Assembly: GCF_009914755.1 (NCBI RefSeq)
Contig: NC_060926.1
DNA from: the human T2T-CHM13v2.0 reference genome, Homo sapiens
Length of the DNA: 64,000 bases
Strand: one strand, 5' to 3'
The translations under genes were made by a program, and so were the position numbers. The notes under the pieces were generated by a model. It was given only the letters and a program-made list of their open reading frames with translations. It did not search any database and was not told the DNA's origin. Positions 25,536-41,914 of this stretch are shown piece after piece (the first letter of the stretch is position 1; each line of letters opens with the position of its first letter).

Positions 25536-27459
25536 TGGTTATAAAACCACAAAGAAGTTTGTTTAAACTTTTCCATAGTCTCCAAATTTTCTCAAGTAGG
25601 TCTATGTTTCATTTTAAATCAGAATAACACCATAAAATAAATAAATAAGAGTGGGTAAAATGGTGGGGGTAATAAAGTCCTCAGCTAGAAAACCCAGGCG
25701 GCCCAGCCTTCATCTGGAAGGTGAAGGACCATATTCAGTTACACCTGCAGATGGAACCGATAGAGTCATAAGTGGATACAGAAACAAACGTTGGCACCTC
25801 TCTAAGTGGAGGAGGCCACAAATGGGAAATTTATCCCATAAGACATCAATCAGGATGGCAGTAAAAGGGGTGAAATGTGTACACACGTAAAAACAATTGA
25901 AAACATATTTGCCTAATTATACAGACAAGGATATCAAGATGAGTGCTGAAAGGGGATGAAAAACTAGGAGATATGGAATCTCTGTTCTAATGGAACCCAA
26001 CTCCAAGGCTGGCAATATGGCCCCAGGGACAAACACCGCCAACTACAAAAACATTAAAGAGTTAATAAAGCTTGTGAAGTGTTCCCAAAGAAAGGAGAAT
26101 CTGAAGGAAGCCACAATTCTGCTTTTATCAGCAATTACTCTCATATTTTTGTATCAAGCTAACTTTGTTAAATCATTCTGCAAAGGTCAAGTGGGATGTG
26201 TCTTTTCTGGACTATTTTCATATTTCATGACACAGACTAAATAACTGCATAGTATACACTGTATTTCCAAAGACTGGAAGACATTTACACCCAAATGCTA
26301 TTTCCTTTGGTGTGATATTAGTCACTTAGACAATGGGGTTTTATATGACGCTGTGTACGTACCGTCTCTCAGCCAGTTCCTTCTTTGGTGCCTGAAAATT
26401 TTCCAGTTACCAGCTGTCAGAAGTCCATTTTAACTGTTTCTCATTAAAATAAGACACCAGTTTCAATTCATCTTGAAAGCAACAGGGCATGATATCCTCA
26501 GGTTGCCATAGTCAACATGTTTCTTGAGCGAAATAATTTATTCAAAAGGCATGAAATCCATTTAGCTCCTAGGATAGTAACTTTTGAGCTGTCAAAGTTC
26601 TGTTAGTCAATATGCCTTCTTTTTCCTCATATTAGGGCAAAGTTGGAGACACTGAATAGTTGACCAATGCAAAAGAGGACCCCAATAGTTAAATTGTTAT
26701 TATATCACTGTTATAATTTTGAAAGTGGCAATGAAACAACAGAGCACCGTATTTATGCAGTATCTTTTACTCAGAAATTATGACACTTTCTGCAAATACT
26801 ATCTCATCTTCCTTTCAGCATCCCTAACGAGTGGGCACTATCAGATGTTATTATCCCCAGTGCAAAGAGGCAAAGAAAACAAAACGTTTTTGGTGGATGT
26901 GTTTGGACTGTGGCTCTTTAATTTTTTTTTAGTCTTTCTACTCTTCCGTATTTTTCAGTTTTTCTTTAATTAGTTATTATTTTTACAATGAAAATAGAAT
27001 TTTAACATTTTGAAGCAAATACTAACAGATACATCTCATCCCATCGCATACTACCTAAAACATGGATTTAATGTCTTTTCTCTGCCTTATTGTCAGCAAC
27101 CCATTGGCCTCTATGCCACACATGCTTCCTCATTAAGGAGCAGAGTGTCATACCCTTTATACCCACGAAGGAAGAAAAGACAATAACATCTTAGAAAGGT
27201 CACTATATGTGCCAGAACTGTTCTAAGACACATAAACTTAACCCAGTTAATCTCACCAACCTATGAGCTAAATATTCCTTAACTTTCACTTGGTAGATCT
27301 GAAAATGGCAGCTCAGAGAAGCTACATCTCAATGGTATAAGTCAGCCAATAATAAGAGATCAAATCAGGATCCAAACTCATGTCTGACTGAGTCTAAAAC
27401 CAACATGCTTTCCAGTCCTAAACACGCAGCTCAAGTCTCTTCTTGCTACTTTCTTAGTG

Positions 27460-28016
27460 TTTCCAATTCTGCCTCCCTTCAATGTGTCTTCCATCAAGGA
27501 TGGAAATGAGATAATATCCCTCTTCTGCTTGAAAGCCTTCAGACAAGCTCCCACTGCATATAGAATCAAATCTAAGCTCATCACTGTGGCCAGCCTCATC
27601 ATATGCCACATTGCACCACCCCACCCCATTCAACCCCTGCACACCTGACGCAAGCACCTAATTTCAGTACCTCAAACAGGCAAAGCTCTTTCTCAAATCT
27701 GGGCCATCACACACACTGTTCCCTCTGTCTAGAAAACCTCTCTATTTTCTTCCCAGGGCTTAATTTCAGGACCTTCACTGACCAGTCGGCCTAAGTAGGT
27801 CCTGCTATTTTCTCCTCATCCTATTCTTTTCCTTTTAACACTAAGCATAATTTCAAATTAGATGTTCATGTTTTTATTAATTTATATCTATCTTCCCCAC
27901 ATGAGCTTCAGAAGCTGAGAATCAAGTCCGTTTGTTGACCAAAACAACAAAGACACTAAAACAATTCCTGGCTGGTAGAAGATTTTCAAGAAGTATTTAC
28001 CACATAAATGAATGAA
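27460..28016 (+). mobile_element. L2 3' region
   Basis: Pyrimidine-rich; ends ...ataaatgaatgaa. Confidence 0.55.
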
Positions 28017-28408
28017 AGAGTTAGATCTCAAGTCTCACTGACTCCCAGTTCACATTCTCATTGTTAACATGATTTTTTAGTGTTCATTCAAAAGGTCATT
28101 TGTCCTGCCTGGGTCCAACTCTGCCATCAATTAGTATTTGCCTTGCTTTCATCTTCAAGAGTGAGTTAATAGTATTACTGAAACACCATTCTTCTTTCTT
28201 TCTCCATCATTTTCATGAATTCCACGGGGTTCATCTGAGCTAAGCATATGGCTGCCATGTACCTAAAAAAACTGGGTCTCTTTTAGCAAAGAAGAAGATA
28301 GGAATGGCCACTTGGGTGGTCAAAAAAATAAACCACTTCTTGCTGTGGACCATAGACCTGTGCCTGCAAAAATCCACTCACAGTTTCTCCCTAAAACTAC
28401 AGATTTCT

Positions 28409-28713
28409 GGCTGGGCGCCGTGGCTCATGCCTGTAATCCCAGCACTTTGGGAGGCCAAGATGGGCAGATCACGAGGTCAGGAAATCGAGACCTTCCTGGC
28501 TAACATGGTGAAATCCCATCTCTACTAAAAATACAAAAAAAAATTAGCCGGGTGTGGTGGCAGATGCCTGTAGTCCCAGCTACTCAGGGAGACTGAGGCA
28601 GGAGTATGGTGTGAACCCAGGAGGCGGAGCTTGCAGTGAGCCAAGATCGCCCCACTGCACTCCAGCCTGGGCAACAGAGCAAGACTCTGTCTCAAAAAAA
28701 AAAAACAAAAAAA
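28409..28713 (+). mobile_element. AluY, full length
   Basis: AluY diagnostics (ggctaacatggtg; gtgaacccaggaggcggagcttgcag); TSD acagatttct(g) on both sides. Confidence 0.93.
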
Positions 28714-29100
28714 CACAGATTTCTGTAAAATTCAAACAAACAAACAAAACTAGAAAAGTCTTTCTACCACAGATTTTGATACTCCTAGTAACTGCTCCTC
28801 CAGAACTCTTATGTCACTCTTAAGAATCAGTCTTGCTATGGAGATATTCCTCAGTGTACAAATACAAGGGAGTTGGGGAGGCTGGAAACCACTGCCTTGA
28901 ACTGACTCTTACTGCACTTTCTCTGAGCTTTAGATACATACCTGTTTTCATGACTTAAGTTGCAGTGATAAATAAGCTACCATCAGTAAACACTCTTTGG
29001 AGTAGAGATAAGCTTATTTTTTTCCTTGTTTGTAGCTTTAGTCCCATTATTTTTGTAACTCTCTGTGATAAAAGAGAGATTTAAAAACCATGACCACCTA

Positions 29101-29478
<378 letters not shown>

Positions 29479-30435
29479 TCATGGTCATTAAAAATAATCC
29501 CTTCATTATTTTTGTAAACTGGATAGATTAATGTGTAAGTTTAAAAGCTCAGGAACACATTTTATAATCTGCATTTTATGATTAAGGTGATCAAATAATA
29601 ATATTAATAGCTAACATTTATTGATTGTTCACCATAGTCCAAACAAATGCAAGATTTCATTTAATCTTCACTAGTGTATGATAAAGAAATCATCATCATT
29701 TTTCTTTCTTTACAGAACTGGAAATTAGACAATTTAGATAACTTATTCAAACTCACACAGCTAGCAAAACATTTTAAAATTGCTAATCCAGAATGTTAAA
29801 AACTAATCCTATCATTCCCTCAAAGTCTTTGCTCTTTAGCACTAGGCTGCACAGCCTTGAGAATATCACGTTCAAAGCAATATGACATTGTTAAAGACAT
29901 GGAAGGTAGAGAGGGGAGGAGTTGTCTCAGAAGAATGTCTCTTGTACATGGCATCCTATCAAGCCGAGCAGCTTGGGGTTCATTAATGGATCTGTGGAAT
30001 CCTTAGGCAGAGATGAGGCCATCTCTTCTCTGGCCATGCAGTAGTTTCCATCTCATGTATTGTCACAAGCACCAAAATGCATCTCTCCAAAATGATGTTT
30101 TCAACAACATATTTTAGATTGTTTAGATTGTGTTTCTGGCTGCTTCAAAAGCCTTGTCTAGCAGCTTTACATGGACTTAGGAGGAATCCCTTACAATATC
30201 CCACAAGGTCCTACAAGACCCAGTTTCTGCCATTCTCTCCGGTGGCATTTCAATCATTTACTCCTTGCTTGCTGTGCTGGACATTGCCCAGAAATAATCA
30301 ATCTAGTCTTCAGTCTCAGTCCTTAAGCCTGAGCCATGAGGTTCAACTGCAGAAAATCACTCCCTCCACACCTGGGTGTTCAAGGTTGTGCCACCATCCT
30401 TCCCTGTGTCCCAAGACAATGCCTTCAAGCAATGA

Positions 30436-31650
30436 TTTTATTTATTTAGTGATTTATTTATTTATACTTTTATTTTAGATACAGGGAGTACATTTGTAGG
30501 TTTGTTACATGGGTATTGCACACCTAGGCAGTGAGCATAGTACCAAATAGGTAGTGTTTCAACCCACACCCATCTCCCTCTCTCTCCGCTCTAGTAGTCC
30601 ACAGTGTCTATTTCCCCTGTTTATGTCCATATGTACTCCATGTTTAGTTCTCACTTGTAAATGAGAACAAGAGGCATTTGGTTTTCTGTTCCTGTGTTAA
30701 CTCACTTAGGATTATGGCCCCCAGCACCATCAATGTTACTGCAAAAGACACAATTTCATTTTTTTAGAGCTGTGTAGTATTCCATGGTATATATCTACCA
30801 CATTTTCTTTATCCAGTTCACCATTGATGAACACCTAGGTTGACTCCATGTCTTTGCTATTGTGAATAGTGCTATGATGAACATATGAGTGAATGTGTGT
30901 TTTTAGTATAATGATCAATTTTGGGGGTTGGGGTATATATACTTAGTAATGAGATTGATGGGTCAAATGGTAGTTCTTTTTTAAGTTCTTTGAGAAATCT
31001 CCAAACTGCTTTCCACAGTGACTGAACTAATTTTCATTCCCACCAAAAGTGCACAAGTATTCCCTTTTCTCCACAGCCTCACCAGCATCTGTTGTTTTTT
31101 TTTTTTTTGACTTTTTAATAACAGCCATTCTGACTCTTGTGAGATAGTATTTCATTGTGTTTTTGATTTACATTTTGATGTAAATGATGCTGAGAATTTT
31201 TTCACATGTTTGTTGCCTGCTTGTGTGTCTTCTTTTGAGATGCCTGTTTATGGTCTTTGTCATTTTTTAATGGTTTTTTGTTTGTTTGTTTTTGCTTGTT
31301 GATCTAAATTCCTTATAGATTCTGGATATTAGACTTTTGTCAGATGTATAGTTTGCAAATGTTTTTCTCCCATTCTGTAGGTTGTCTGTTTACTCTGTTA
31401 ATAGTTTCTTTTACAGTGCAGAAGCTCTTTAGTTTAATTAGGCTCCACTGTCAATTTTTGTTTTTGTTGCAATTGCACTTAGCCAAAAATTATTTGTCAA
31501 AGTTGATGTTGAGAAGGATATTTCCTAGGTTTTCTTCTAGGATTTTTATAGTTTGAGGTCTTTCATTTAAATCTTTAATCCATCTTGAGTTAATTTGTGC
31601 ATGTGGTGAAAGGTAAGGATCTAGTTTTATTCTCCTGTCTATAAGCAGCC
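30436..31650 (-). mobile_element. 5'-truncated primate L1 (L1PA15/16-like) with internal deletions
   Basis: Poly(T)/(TTTA) tail, then gtaggtttgttacatgggtat, and ORF2 3' sequence (ctttgtcagatgtatagtttgcaaat; cagaagctctttagtttaattagg). Confidence 0.88.
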
Positions 31651-31950
31651 ATCTTAAATGCTACTCCACCCCCACTCCATCACCATTACCCCCATAAACA
31701 CCTGCTCTCAACTTTAGAAAAAATAGAGGCAGCAGAAATGAACTCCCTCAACTTCAAGCTTTCCTCTTCCACCTGCAAATGTGTCTGCATTCTTTCCCAC
31801 TTCCTTTGTTTAAGTAGAAAATATTTAAAAGACTCATGTATTCCTGGATAAAGCCAGTCCTTCTGTATGTGCACTGCATCCTGTTCATTTCCTTCCTGCT
31901 TTGCAAGGACTTGCTTGCTTCCATCCATCGGCCCCCTTTCTTATAACACC

Positions 31951-32417
31951 TCTGTTAGTCCTCTGGGGCTGCCATAACAAAAGTACCACAAACTGGGTAG
32001 TTTATGAAAACAGAAATCTTACTCTCACAGATCTGGAGGCTGGAAGCCTGAAATCAAGTGTCTGCAGCGTTGATTTCTTCTGGGTGCTCTGGAAGAATCT
32101 GCTCCATGCCTCTCTCCCATCCTCTGGTGGTGGCTGACAGTCCTCTCACCCTTGGCTTGCAGCTGCAGCCCTTCACTCTCACCCTCTGTCCTTGCATGAC
32201 ATTTTCCCCTCATGTGTCTGTGTCACTTCTCTTTTTATAAAGACACTAGTCATATTGGATTAAGGGCCCATCATACTCCACTATGACCTCATCCTCATTT
32301 ACATTTTAATTATAGCATATCCACAAAGACCTAATTACCAAATAAAGTCACATTCACTGGTATCAAGGATTAAGACCTGAACATACATTTTTTGGGGTTA
32401 CAAAATACAAAACACAA
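31951..32417 (-). mobile_element. MLT1C-like MaLR LTR
   Basis: ggggctgccataacaaaagtaccacaaactgggt...cattggattaagggccc...aaagtcacattcac. Confidence 0.78.
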
Positions 32418-34813
32418 TAATTTCCCATGCTATCAACCTATTCCCCTCAGCCCACGAACGTGGTTAAAGCTCTCCAATCTTATGAAAAAAAATACCCTGT
32501 TTCCCGAGCCATCTATGACTTTTAAACAAATATCTTTGGCCAGACATCACTTCATAACTTCAGATTTATGTATCCAGCCACCTATTAGACAACTCCCCTT
32601 GGAGGTCTTAGGGTCACTTTACCACCTGTAGGTCATGCACAAAAGAAGGCATTACCTTCTTCATGCCTACTCCTCCTCCTGTATTCCCTGTCTTGAGGAG
32701 TAGAATCACTGCCAGCCCATCACCCAGGAGAGAATCCTGGAAATTACCCTAGATTCCTCTCTGTGCTAACCTTGCACAAACATCTGTCAACAAGACCTAT
32801 CAGCAGTTTACCTCTAAATACCTCCCAAATCCCTTCCCCTGCTCCACGGTGCTGCTCTGAGCCCTTTTCATCTTTCCTTAAACTACTGCGATAGCTTCTT
32901 AAATTAGAATCCCTGCCTTCAGTCAATCCCATTCAAACTGTTCTCCACAATGATTTTAGATACCACATCAAAGACAACTGTGTCCTGTAGACCAGTAAGA
33001 ACAATGCTCACTTAGAAGCTTTGACACTTACTATATGATTGTTGTTTTTGTAAACTACTGTAAGGTTTAGGAGGAAAAAATCCAAGAAGAGTATGAAGGT
33101 CTGCCTTTGGGGCAGCAGGACAGGAAAAGAGCTAGTCAGATTTCATCTTACCGGGCATCAAAGCTTGCCTGTTGCTTTAGGAGAGTACTTAAACTCTCTA
33201 AGCATGAGATGATATCACCACATTGTTGAGTTGCTGTGAGTATTTTTGGATAATATATAAAGTCCCTTTCATAATGCTGGAGAGGCCATACTTGTAAAAG
33301 CTCAGTAAAATACAACTATTATAATTATAGAGTTATTTTTAAATTGGCAATCTAAGTTGTCGGTCTTCTACTTAGAGCTCTTCAGTGGAATCTTTTCTTC
33401 TTTAGAATAAGATACAAATGTGTCAACTAAATACAGCACAAAGCATTGTGTCACTGGGTCCTGGCTACCTTTCCAAGCCCATCTTTCCTTGCTTCTCCAT
33501 GATCTCACCCAAAGGCAGTTCTCAAAGTATGTTAAGCTCTTGCCATGAAAAACTCATTTCCCCTCAACCCAATCAAGTCAAGCTTCTACTCCTGGATATT
33601 TTTCTTTTCACCTTTCAGACCCACACCAGTGTCCCCTCTTCCAAACCTTCCTGGATCACACTACCCAGGTCTGGCTCAGGAGACCCTCCTCTTTGTCCAA
33701 CCCTCTTCAGGTGAGGTATCTACTTACTCACGTCTTCCTAATTCTGCTATGCACTCCTTGAAGCAAAAAAAGACCCACTCATGGACAACCCATTATGGGA
33801 CTCTAAAGGTTTACATTTAATTAGAAACCTGAGGTATTGAAACTCCAGGAAGAAGCCATTTACCTTACAGGGCTAAAATTGGTGCATGAACCTGCAAAGC
33901 AGTGGACAGGGCTGAGGAATGACTAGCTATCAATGATAGATGGTTAAGTTCTCCAACTATCTCCATCAGACCACTTCCACCATCATTCTATCATATAAAC
34001 AACTGGTGTTATATTTATCAACAAGATTCAAATGCAGCTTAGACATCCCTTTCTCCCATCATCATTGCTTCCCTTCACCCCCATCTGCTCTTACACAGTT
34101 GAGCTGGAGCTGTCAACACTGTGAGGATTGAGCAACCATAGCCAGTAGGCAATCTTTTAAAAACTGGCTCAGTATTATATTCATATTATATTAGCAGAGT
34201 AAACAATGATCCACAATGCCTTATAAAACGTAGAAAGCCAGTTTCTCTTACAAGCTTAAATAATGTGAATGGGGGTCTAGAGGTCTAATAGTAACAGTAA
34301 GCAAGTATTTAAGAATTCACTGAGGGCATATTCTAACTGAAACATGGTGTTGTGGAGAGATTACTAAATGAAACAGTAGGAAGCCTGAATTGCATTCCTG
34401 ATTCCACCATTACTAGCTGAGTCGGAAATATTAGACAATCATTTGACTTTTCTGTTGCTTAATATTCTTGCTGTAAACTGAGAATTGTATTCATGCGCTG
34501 CCTTCTTGATGAAGATATTGGGAAGAGCAATGTAATGTATGTGAAAATTCCTTGAAATTTTAAGGTGTTATACAGACCATCACAGATACATAATACTACT
34601 CCTCAAACTCTTTGATATTCACAATTACATAAAAAGTCTACAAATATAGAAATAGATACGGAGATATTTTCTTACTATCAATGTTCAAGTTGACTTTTTC
34701 TTTTTAATATTAAATTTGAGAGTAAAAACAAAAGAAAAAGGAAAATAAGTTAGGTGAGATAAGAAGCTAAAACAAAATAAAACAAACCCCCCAAAAAAGT
34801 ACTTGAATTTTGC

Positions 34814-34844
<31 letters not shown>

Positions 34845-35067
34845 CCAGACTTAAGAAATTTAGTTTTTATTAATATTCCCTTTATTGCACACTGTAAGCA
34901 GAGAATAGGTCTGAGCAAAAAGAAGAAATTGAGCACATAAAAAGTCCTATACTTTAAATTAAATCACACATGTTACTAGAATTTTAGAATTTTAGACACA
35001 TGGAGAAATGAGACAGTTATGTAGTAATTGACATTAATAATAATTTTTTTTTCTAAAAATTTTTTGT

Positions 35068-35389
<322 letters not shown>

Positions 35390-36766
35390 TTACTGTACTT
35401 GAACGGTCATGAAAAGGTATACTTAGTATACTCATAGGTTTACTTGGCTAAAGGCTGGAAGAGAATATATAAAACTGAAAATGTCTTTCGTGTTGGTAGA
35501 ATAACATACTGTTAAGCTTTCTCTAAAATTGGAGTGTTGTCTTTATTTTTTAATTGGAATGAAATTGAATTGATAGAACTTTTTTTAAGAAAAGAAATGT
35601 TACTACTATCGAACATATATAGTAACTTCAGCTGCCAACTAAAGAAGTGTTGCCAAACACAAATTTCTATGTCCTTTCAAAAAAAAATACATGCCCTCTG
35701 AATTATAATTGCCATATAACTTTGTTCATTCATAAGTAGTTCTTCTTGTGATCTTGAAGACTTGACTTTATTAAGTACTCTTATTATTGTCAGAATAATC
35801 ATATTGACATCATAATATTCTTGGCAAGTTCTTTATTTCCAGTATAAAAATTAACTAAACTTTAGCTTTTATCATATAATCATACAAACTATATTTTAAG
35901 TTTATCCATATATTAGAGCTTCTTGAATGTAGGAATCATGATTTGTTTTGTCTATCTCCCAAACACCTGGGATGTAGAGTAAATGCAGTGAATTCTATAA
36001 CATCCTAAATGCCTTCTGTATTTTCTTCTCCAATTGTAATGGACCATCTCTTTTACATTATCAGAAAACCACAAAGACTAAAACACACAATTACAGAATT
36101 TTAGTATTTAAATCAATTGCAGCTGAAAACAAGTAAATCTGTTATGTTTAAGGTGTAAAGAACTATTCATGTGCTGCATAATAATCAAGCATACATGGTA
36201 AGCAACAATTTAATTCCATTCAATAAGCATGTCAGACAGGTTGACAGTGAACAACACAAAGTTGGAAATGCAAGAATGACCAAGACACTGTCCTTATCTT
36301 CCAAAAACTTAAACTATGGAGGAAATAGACAAATCTAAAACAGTTATGAAACTGTTCCTATGGGTAAGTCTGGTGTTCCAGATCTCCTGGTATGGTGACT
36401 AAAAAGGACCATTCTCACTTTCCTTTTCATATCCAGCTTCTTGTAGTGCAAAGAGCCATACTGCTTACTGATAAGAAGTACAGCGTTTGAACAGGTTCCT
36501 CTCCTCCAAACACTTCTGGGAATTCCTGAGAAAAGATTGTATCTTTCCTAAATCTCACTCTGTCATCTCAGTCAACCAGCTGACTTTGAATGGCTGCTGC
36601 ACACAATGCTGCTTGCCCTCTGGAGATTAGCCTTCCTCCAGCAGCGTCCGTATGCATTGCATCATCTCTCCCCAACTTGGGCATGGATCCTTCCCTGAAT
36701 TCCTTAGGATGATGGCTAAGGCTGTCTAAGCCTTTTTAAAGGGTTGGGTATAACTGAAAGGGACTG

Positions 36767-37159
36767 TGTTATAGTTCATTCAGGCTGATAAAACAGACTA
36801 CCATAAACTGGGAGGCTTATGAACCACAGAAGTTTATTTATCACAGTTCTGGAGGCTGGGAAGTCTCAGATCAAGGCGCTGGCAGATTTAGTGTCTAAGG
36901 AGAGCCTGTTTCCTGTTTCATAGATGGCACCTTCTCACTGTGTCCTCAGATGGCAGAGAAGAGGAAGCTAACTCTCTTGGGACTCTTATTGGTAAGGACA
37001 CTAATCCCATGCATGAGGGCTTCACCTTACCGACCTCATCTAATCCTAATTATCTTCCAAAAACCCCACCTTATAATACCATTACCCTGGGGATTAGGAT
37101 TTCAACATAAAAATTTGGGGGCAGGGTGGGGAGGGGACGCAAACATTCAGGCCATAGCA
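36767..37159 (-). mobile_element. MLT1A0-like MaLR solo LTR
   Basis: tgttatagttcattcaggctg...aaacattcaggccatagca; perfect 5-bp TSD GACTG. Confidence 0.82.
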
Positions 37160-37199
37160 GACTGCAAAACAGAAAACTCAAGCCTAGGCATAAGCTGCA

Positions 37200-37645
37200 G
37201 ACTCTCCCAGATCCTTCTCTGTCTTTCTCTACCTGGCTCTCTCTCTGCAGGGGATTGGTGTATGGAGCACACGCTTGACTCCTGTGCCCTCTGGTTCTAA
37301 CTGGGTTCAGTCAATGGAAGCCCCAGCAGGAGTTGGGAGACGAGAAGAAAATTAGACCAGGACATTTGTCCCCTGGATCCCTTCCTTTGAGGTTTCCTCT
37401 GGATGTCTGCATCCCTTCCTCAGAGGTCACTGTCAGAACCACTTGTGCTACACGGCTCTTTATTTCCAGGTTTCAGTAAGCTCACCCTCCCCACTCCTTA
37501 GCTGTCCAACTATCCTCAGGTTTCTACATCATCCTTTGTGATTTCCCTCCACCACTTCACATTTGTAAATAGTCTCTTATTAGAAATGCTTCTCTAAATT
37601 TCCAATTCAAGTGTGGCGGCTGTTTTCTGTTGGGATCCTGACTCA
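37200..37645 (+). mobile_element. LTR33-like ERVL LTR
   Basis: ctgggttcagtcaatggaagccccagcaggag...tttgtaaatagtctcttatt...ctgttgggatcctgact. Confidence 0.55.
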
Positions 37646-38369
37646 GCCGTGATTGCCAGAGAGGACAGCAGCTCTCCCAGACCCACATTCCTCTGCTCGA
37701 GTCCTCAGCCTGCCCCTGTGTTTCTGGGAGTAGTTTCCTTCCCTTGAGCAGGCCTCTACTCTTCCAAGCCAGAAAGAAGGAGTTGGTTTCCTACAACTAA
37801 ATATAATCTGCAAACATAAAACTCTACCTACGAGCTTTGACATGCTCATACAAAGCTGCTTAGCTTCTCATCATCTCTATGTGCATCTACGTGTAGTACA
37901 CCCTCCATCTCAGAGTCAGATATTTGCTTTCCCTTTACACAATCAAGAGACCCACTAGCGTGCTTGCAAAGGGGAAAAGTGCCCCAAAGAAGAATTTAAA
38001 CTTGGAGCTCAAAATAGAAGAGAAAAAAAACTGCAGTTTTTCTCATTTTGACCCAACAAAGTTGAGCAAAGAGATCTTGGGGCCTGTCCTCCGCAAAGCC
38101 CCAGTTATACACAACTGGATAATTAGTAAGAATGGATCATCCCAGTAAGCCTGGAACAATCTGTAGAAGTATTGAGGAACATTGCAGCTTCCCAGGCAAA
38201 TGCCAGGGACAAGCATGGAGCAGCTTCGAGACCTCCAATAAAGAGCTGTCCACCTATAAAAATGCAACTGGGCCACTAACAGTGAGCATTACCCCCCTAC
38301 CAAACTTTGGGGGTCAGCTTAGGAAGAGGATAATGATAGCAGACGTATGTTCCTTCACCCATGAGTTAG

Positions 38370-38660
<291 letters not shown>

Positions 38661-41600
38661 CTCACCCATGAGTTTCTTAACTGGCCCTTGAGATTGAGAC
38701 TCTCTCAATCTGTTTTTAGGAAAGAAAAAATTGCCCCACTGCGCCTCATCTCAGACCTTCTGGACCCTATCAACCAGGATTTCTCAGAAGGTTCTGCCTG
38801 CGGACCCTTCTGATTAGAGAATCAGTGGGGGCCAGCCACTGTCTGATCTCCTGGCTCCTTTAATCCGATAACCTAAGAGCTGGCATCATGTAAAAGTGAA
38901 TTGGCATGCCCTTTGCCACTGCATCTACCCAATAAATTTCCACTTATCCTTAGAGATTCAGCCCCAGGCCCACTTCCTCTGAAAAGTGCTCCTACGTCAG
39001 ACACGTTGGTTCTTATACTAACTTTTGCTTACATGTTATTTGTGTTCCAACTCTTTCCTGAGTTATCCAGCTCATTCCTCTGCCCTGGGGTCTTTCAACA
39101 GCAGGAACTGTGTTTTATTCACCGTTAGAGTTCCACTGCTCCTACTTGCACAATAGGAGCTTGGTTAGTATCCAATGCATTAAGCAATTAATTAGGAAAT
39201 AACAATCACTGCCCATTTCCCTCAACTCTGCAAGCAGTGAAAAGAGTCAGGGTTTGTGGGGATTATTTTTGAGAGTCGGGAGCTCTATGTATGTTCAGCG
39301 GCATGGAGTGGGGGATGCCAGACAAGCAGAATGGAAAGGCAGTTAGGTTTTCAGCTCCATGCTTTACACTCTCCCAAACGCCACAGAAGCACATGAGCCT
39401 GGGGAAAAAGATGTCGCCACGCCTCTTGGGGAAGAGCTCAAGCATTCCTCATTTTTGCATGGTGGGGCTTTGTAGGCCTCCAGCTGGGAAAACGATGGGA
39501 TCATAACACAACAGCAACCAACTTGGCATGACTCTTCCTCCTAACTCCACCCCTCTTCCTCATGCACCATGGCCAGAACTCCTGCCTTTCTATGTCTCAC
39601 CGTCTGGCTTGAGAGGGGGTAGTGAGGTTTGTTGGAAGATAAGGCTAAGCTGTGTCCATATTTCCTATCTCAGGTGTGCTGTGGTAAACAGCCCTCACTA
39701 CTGCTTCAAGCCCCAGAAAACTTACCTAGTCAGGTGTGGCCACGGTTGCAATGCAGCCAGAGGCTTCTCCCGGAGCTCCTGCTTTGCCAACTTTCCTGGC
39801 ATTTGTCTTTGTGGATTCTGAGTTCAGTAGTCTCAATGGTCTCTCTCTCTCTCTCTCTCTCTTTGTTTTTAATGTGCAGATTACTAAACAGCCAGGGCTA
39901 ATAGTCACTTTTCTAAGCAATAAACCAACTGGCTATTTCCCTTTTCTGTTCTAATCCTCCCAGTGGTGAATCCCACACATCACCACCTTGTATCCTCTGC
40001 TACAGTCAAAATCATCAGAAATATGGCTTTTGAGTGACTTGTTAGGCCAGCTGCCTCTCACTCCTTCCCTAAGACTTCATACCAATCTAACCTGGTGGCA
40101 ATCTGTGCACCTTTGGTCATGCAAATGTCTCCCTGCTCAGAAGATCATGTAGGGACAGTATAAGAAAATCACTTTTCATCTATTTATTTATTCATTTATT
40201 CAACAGGCATGTATTGAGTACCTGTAATGGATCAGACATGGTGCTAGGCACTTGGGACACCATGGTCAGCAATTCCAAAGGGGGATCTATGGAATAAAGA
40301 GAACTAACTCATATCACAGCCATCTGGTGAGAAGTCCTATACACAGCTCTGTTTTCTTCCTTTTCTCTCATACGTCATCTACCACTGACTTCCAGCTCCA
40401 TGAGCACTTTTCTGAGGCTGAGGCTTGCCATGTGGAACTTTTTGCACAAATACTGCCACTCGTCACTTACTGTGCCCACCATGTTTGACACCGGCTTTCC
40501 TTATCCATGAATGACTTAACACCAAGACTCATTCACTCAGAATGGTTGAGGCTCAGGTAAATAGATTTCCTTTTTATAGATACTTTGGTTCTGGTCCTGT
40601 GTATTAACTCTTAATTATGTAGTTTTCAGATAGATTCTTCCATGCCATATTCAGATAAAAGGCATTAATGAATCCATCTCCTTCTCCATTTAAGACTTCC
40701 TAAACTTATAGCCATGAGCCAGTGATCTTGTCTCTTACTCTGGTTCTATATGCCAGCACTAATGAAGATCCCTTCTAACCTAGGATGTTTCCCAAGCATC
40801 CAAGTGTGTATGAAAACACATTTCCAGACTGGGCTAAATCAAAAGCATAAAACAATATGCTTGTTTCTGTCACAGATGTGAAATGTATGATATCTATTCC
40901 TAGAAAAATTGCTGCCAAGGAATGGCTCAGCAGCTGACAATGGTACATCCACAATTTAATAATTTGAGTTTTAATTTTCAGCTCTTACTTTTAATTTTTC
41001 AAATGAAATCAAATAACTACATGGGCAAGGGGGAACCCCCCACATACAATCAGGTTCAAGTTCTGTTGAATGTCAAAGGGTCAAAGTTCTTAGGGCTGCT
41101 TGTCCCAGCAAATGAGGGTAGGAACTCTGACTGAAAGAAATCAGGTCACATTTCCCCAGAAATTGATTAGATATTTTAAGAGTCTGGAGAAAAAAGATCT
41201 ACAGGGACTTTCAACATGAGAAGTAACAGCAGAGAAGTAGATTTCAAAGACATGCAGAAATAAGAAAAGGACACAAAGAAGTATATCAAAATAAGATATA
41301 AGCCATTCATGACAAGTTCTGATATCAGGAGACAGAAAGGAAAACTGATCATGTAAAATGAGTTTCTCTTGTGTAATCTGAATCCTGGCAGCATTCCTCT
41401 CATGTATTGGGAGTGAATGATTTTTTTAAATGCCTGTTTGCAACTTGAGTTTGGCATGAGGATAGACTGATATAATTAAGTGGGTAAAACAAACAGGTTC
41501 TGCCACATGGTTGCATAGAAGTCAAAGCCTTCTTTTGCCATTTCTGGCTATATGTAATGTTGGCCCAACTGCTTAACAGCTTTGGCCTCAGTCCATTCAT

Positions 41601-41914
41601 CTATAAGTTTGGGTGAATAACACCCACCTTACGGGACATTGTGAGGATTAAACAAGACAATAAAAGTAAATGTGCTGTAAAGATTAACTTCCTTTCCTCT
41701 TAAATTATTTTTGGAAAAATTGTCAGAAGAAGAGCAACACATTTGATCAGAAAGATAAGTGTGTGAGCTAAAAAAAAAAAAATAAAGCATTTTACAACTT
41801 TGGAAAATGTTACCCACTGCATTTCAAGTTTTTGATATTGTTAAACTATGAACTCACGTGCATTCAATCAGCTGACCAGTCAACTTTCCTGTGATGTGGA
41901 ATGTCCCACAGCAA

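Noticed and set aside
31344-31556. 70-aa ORF
   Set aside because: It is antisense to decayed L1 ORF2.
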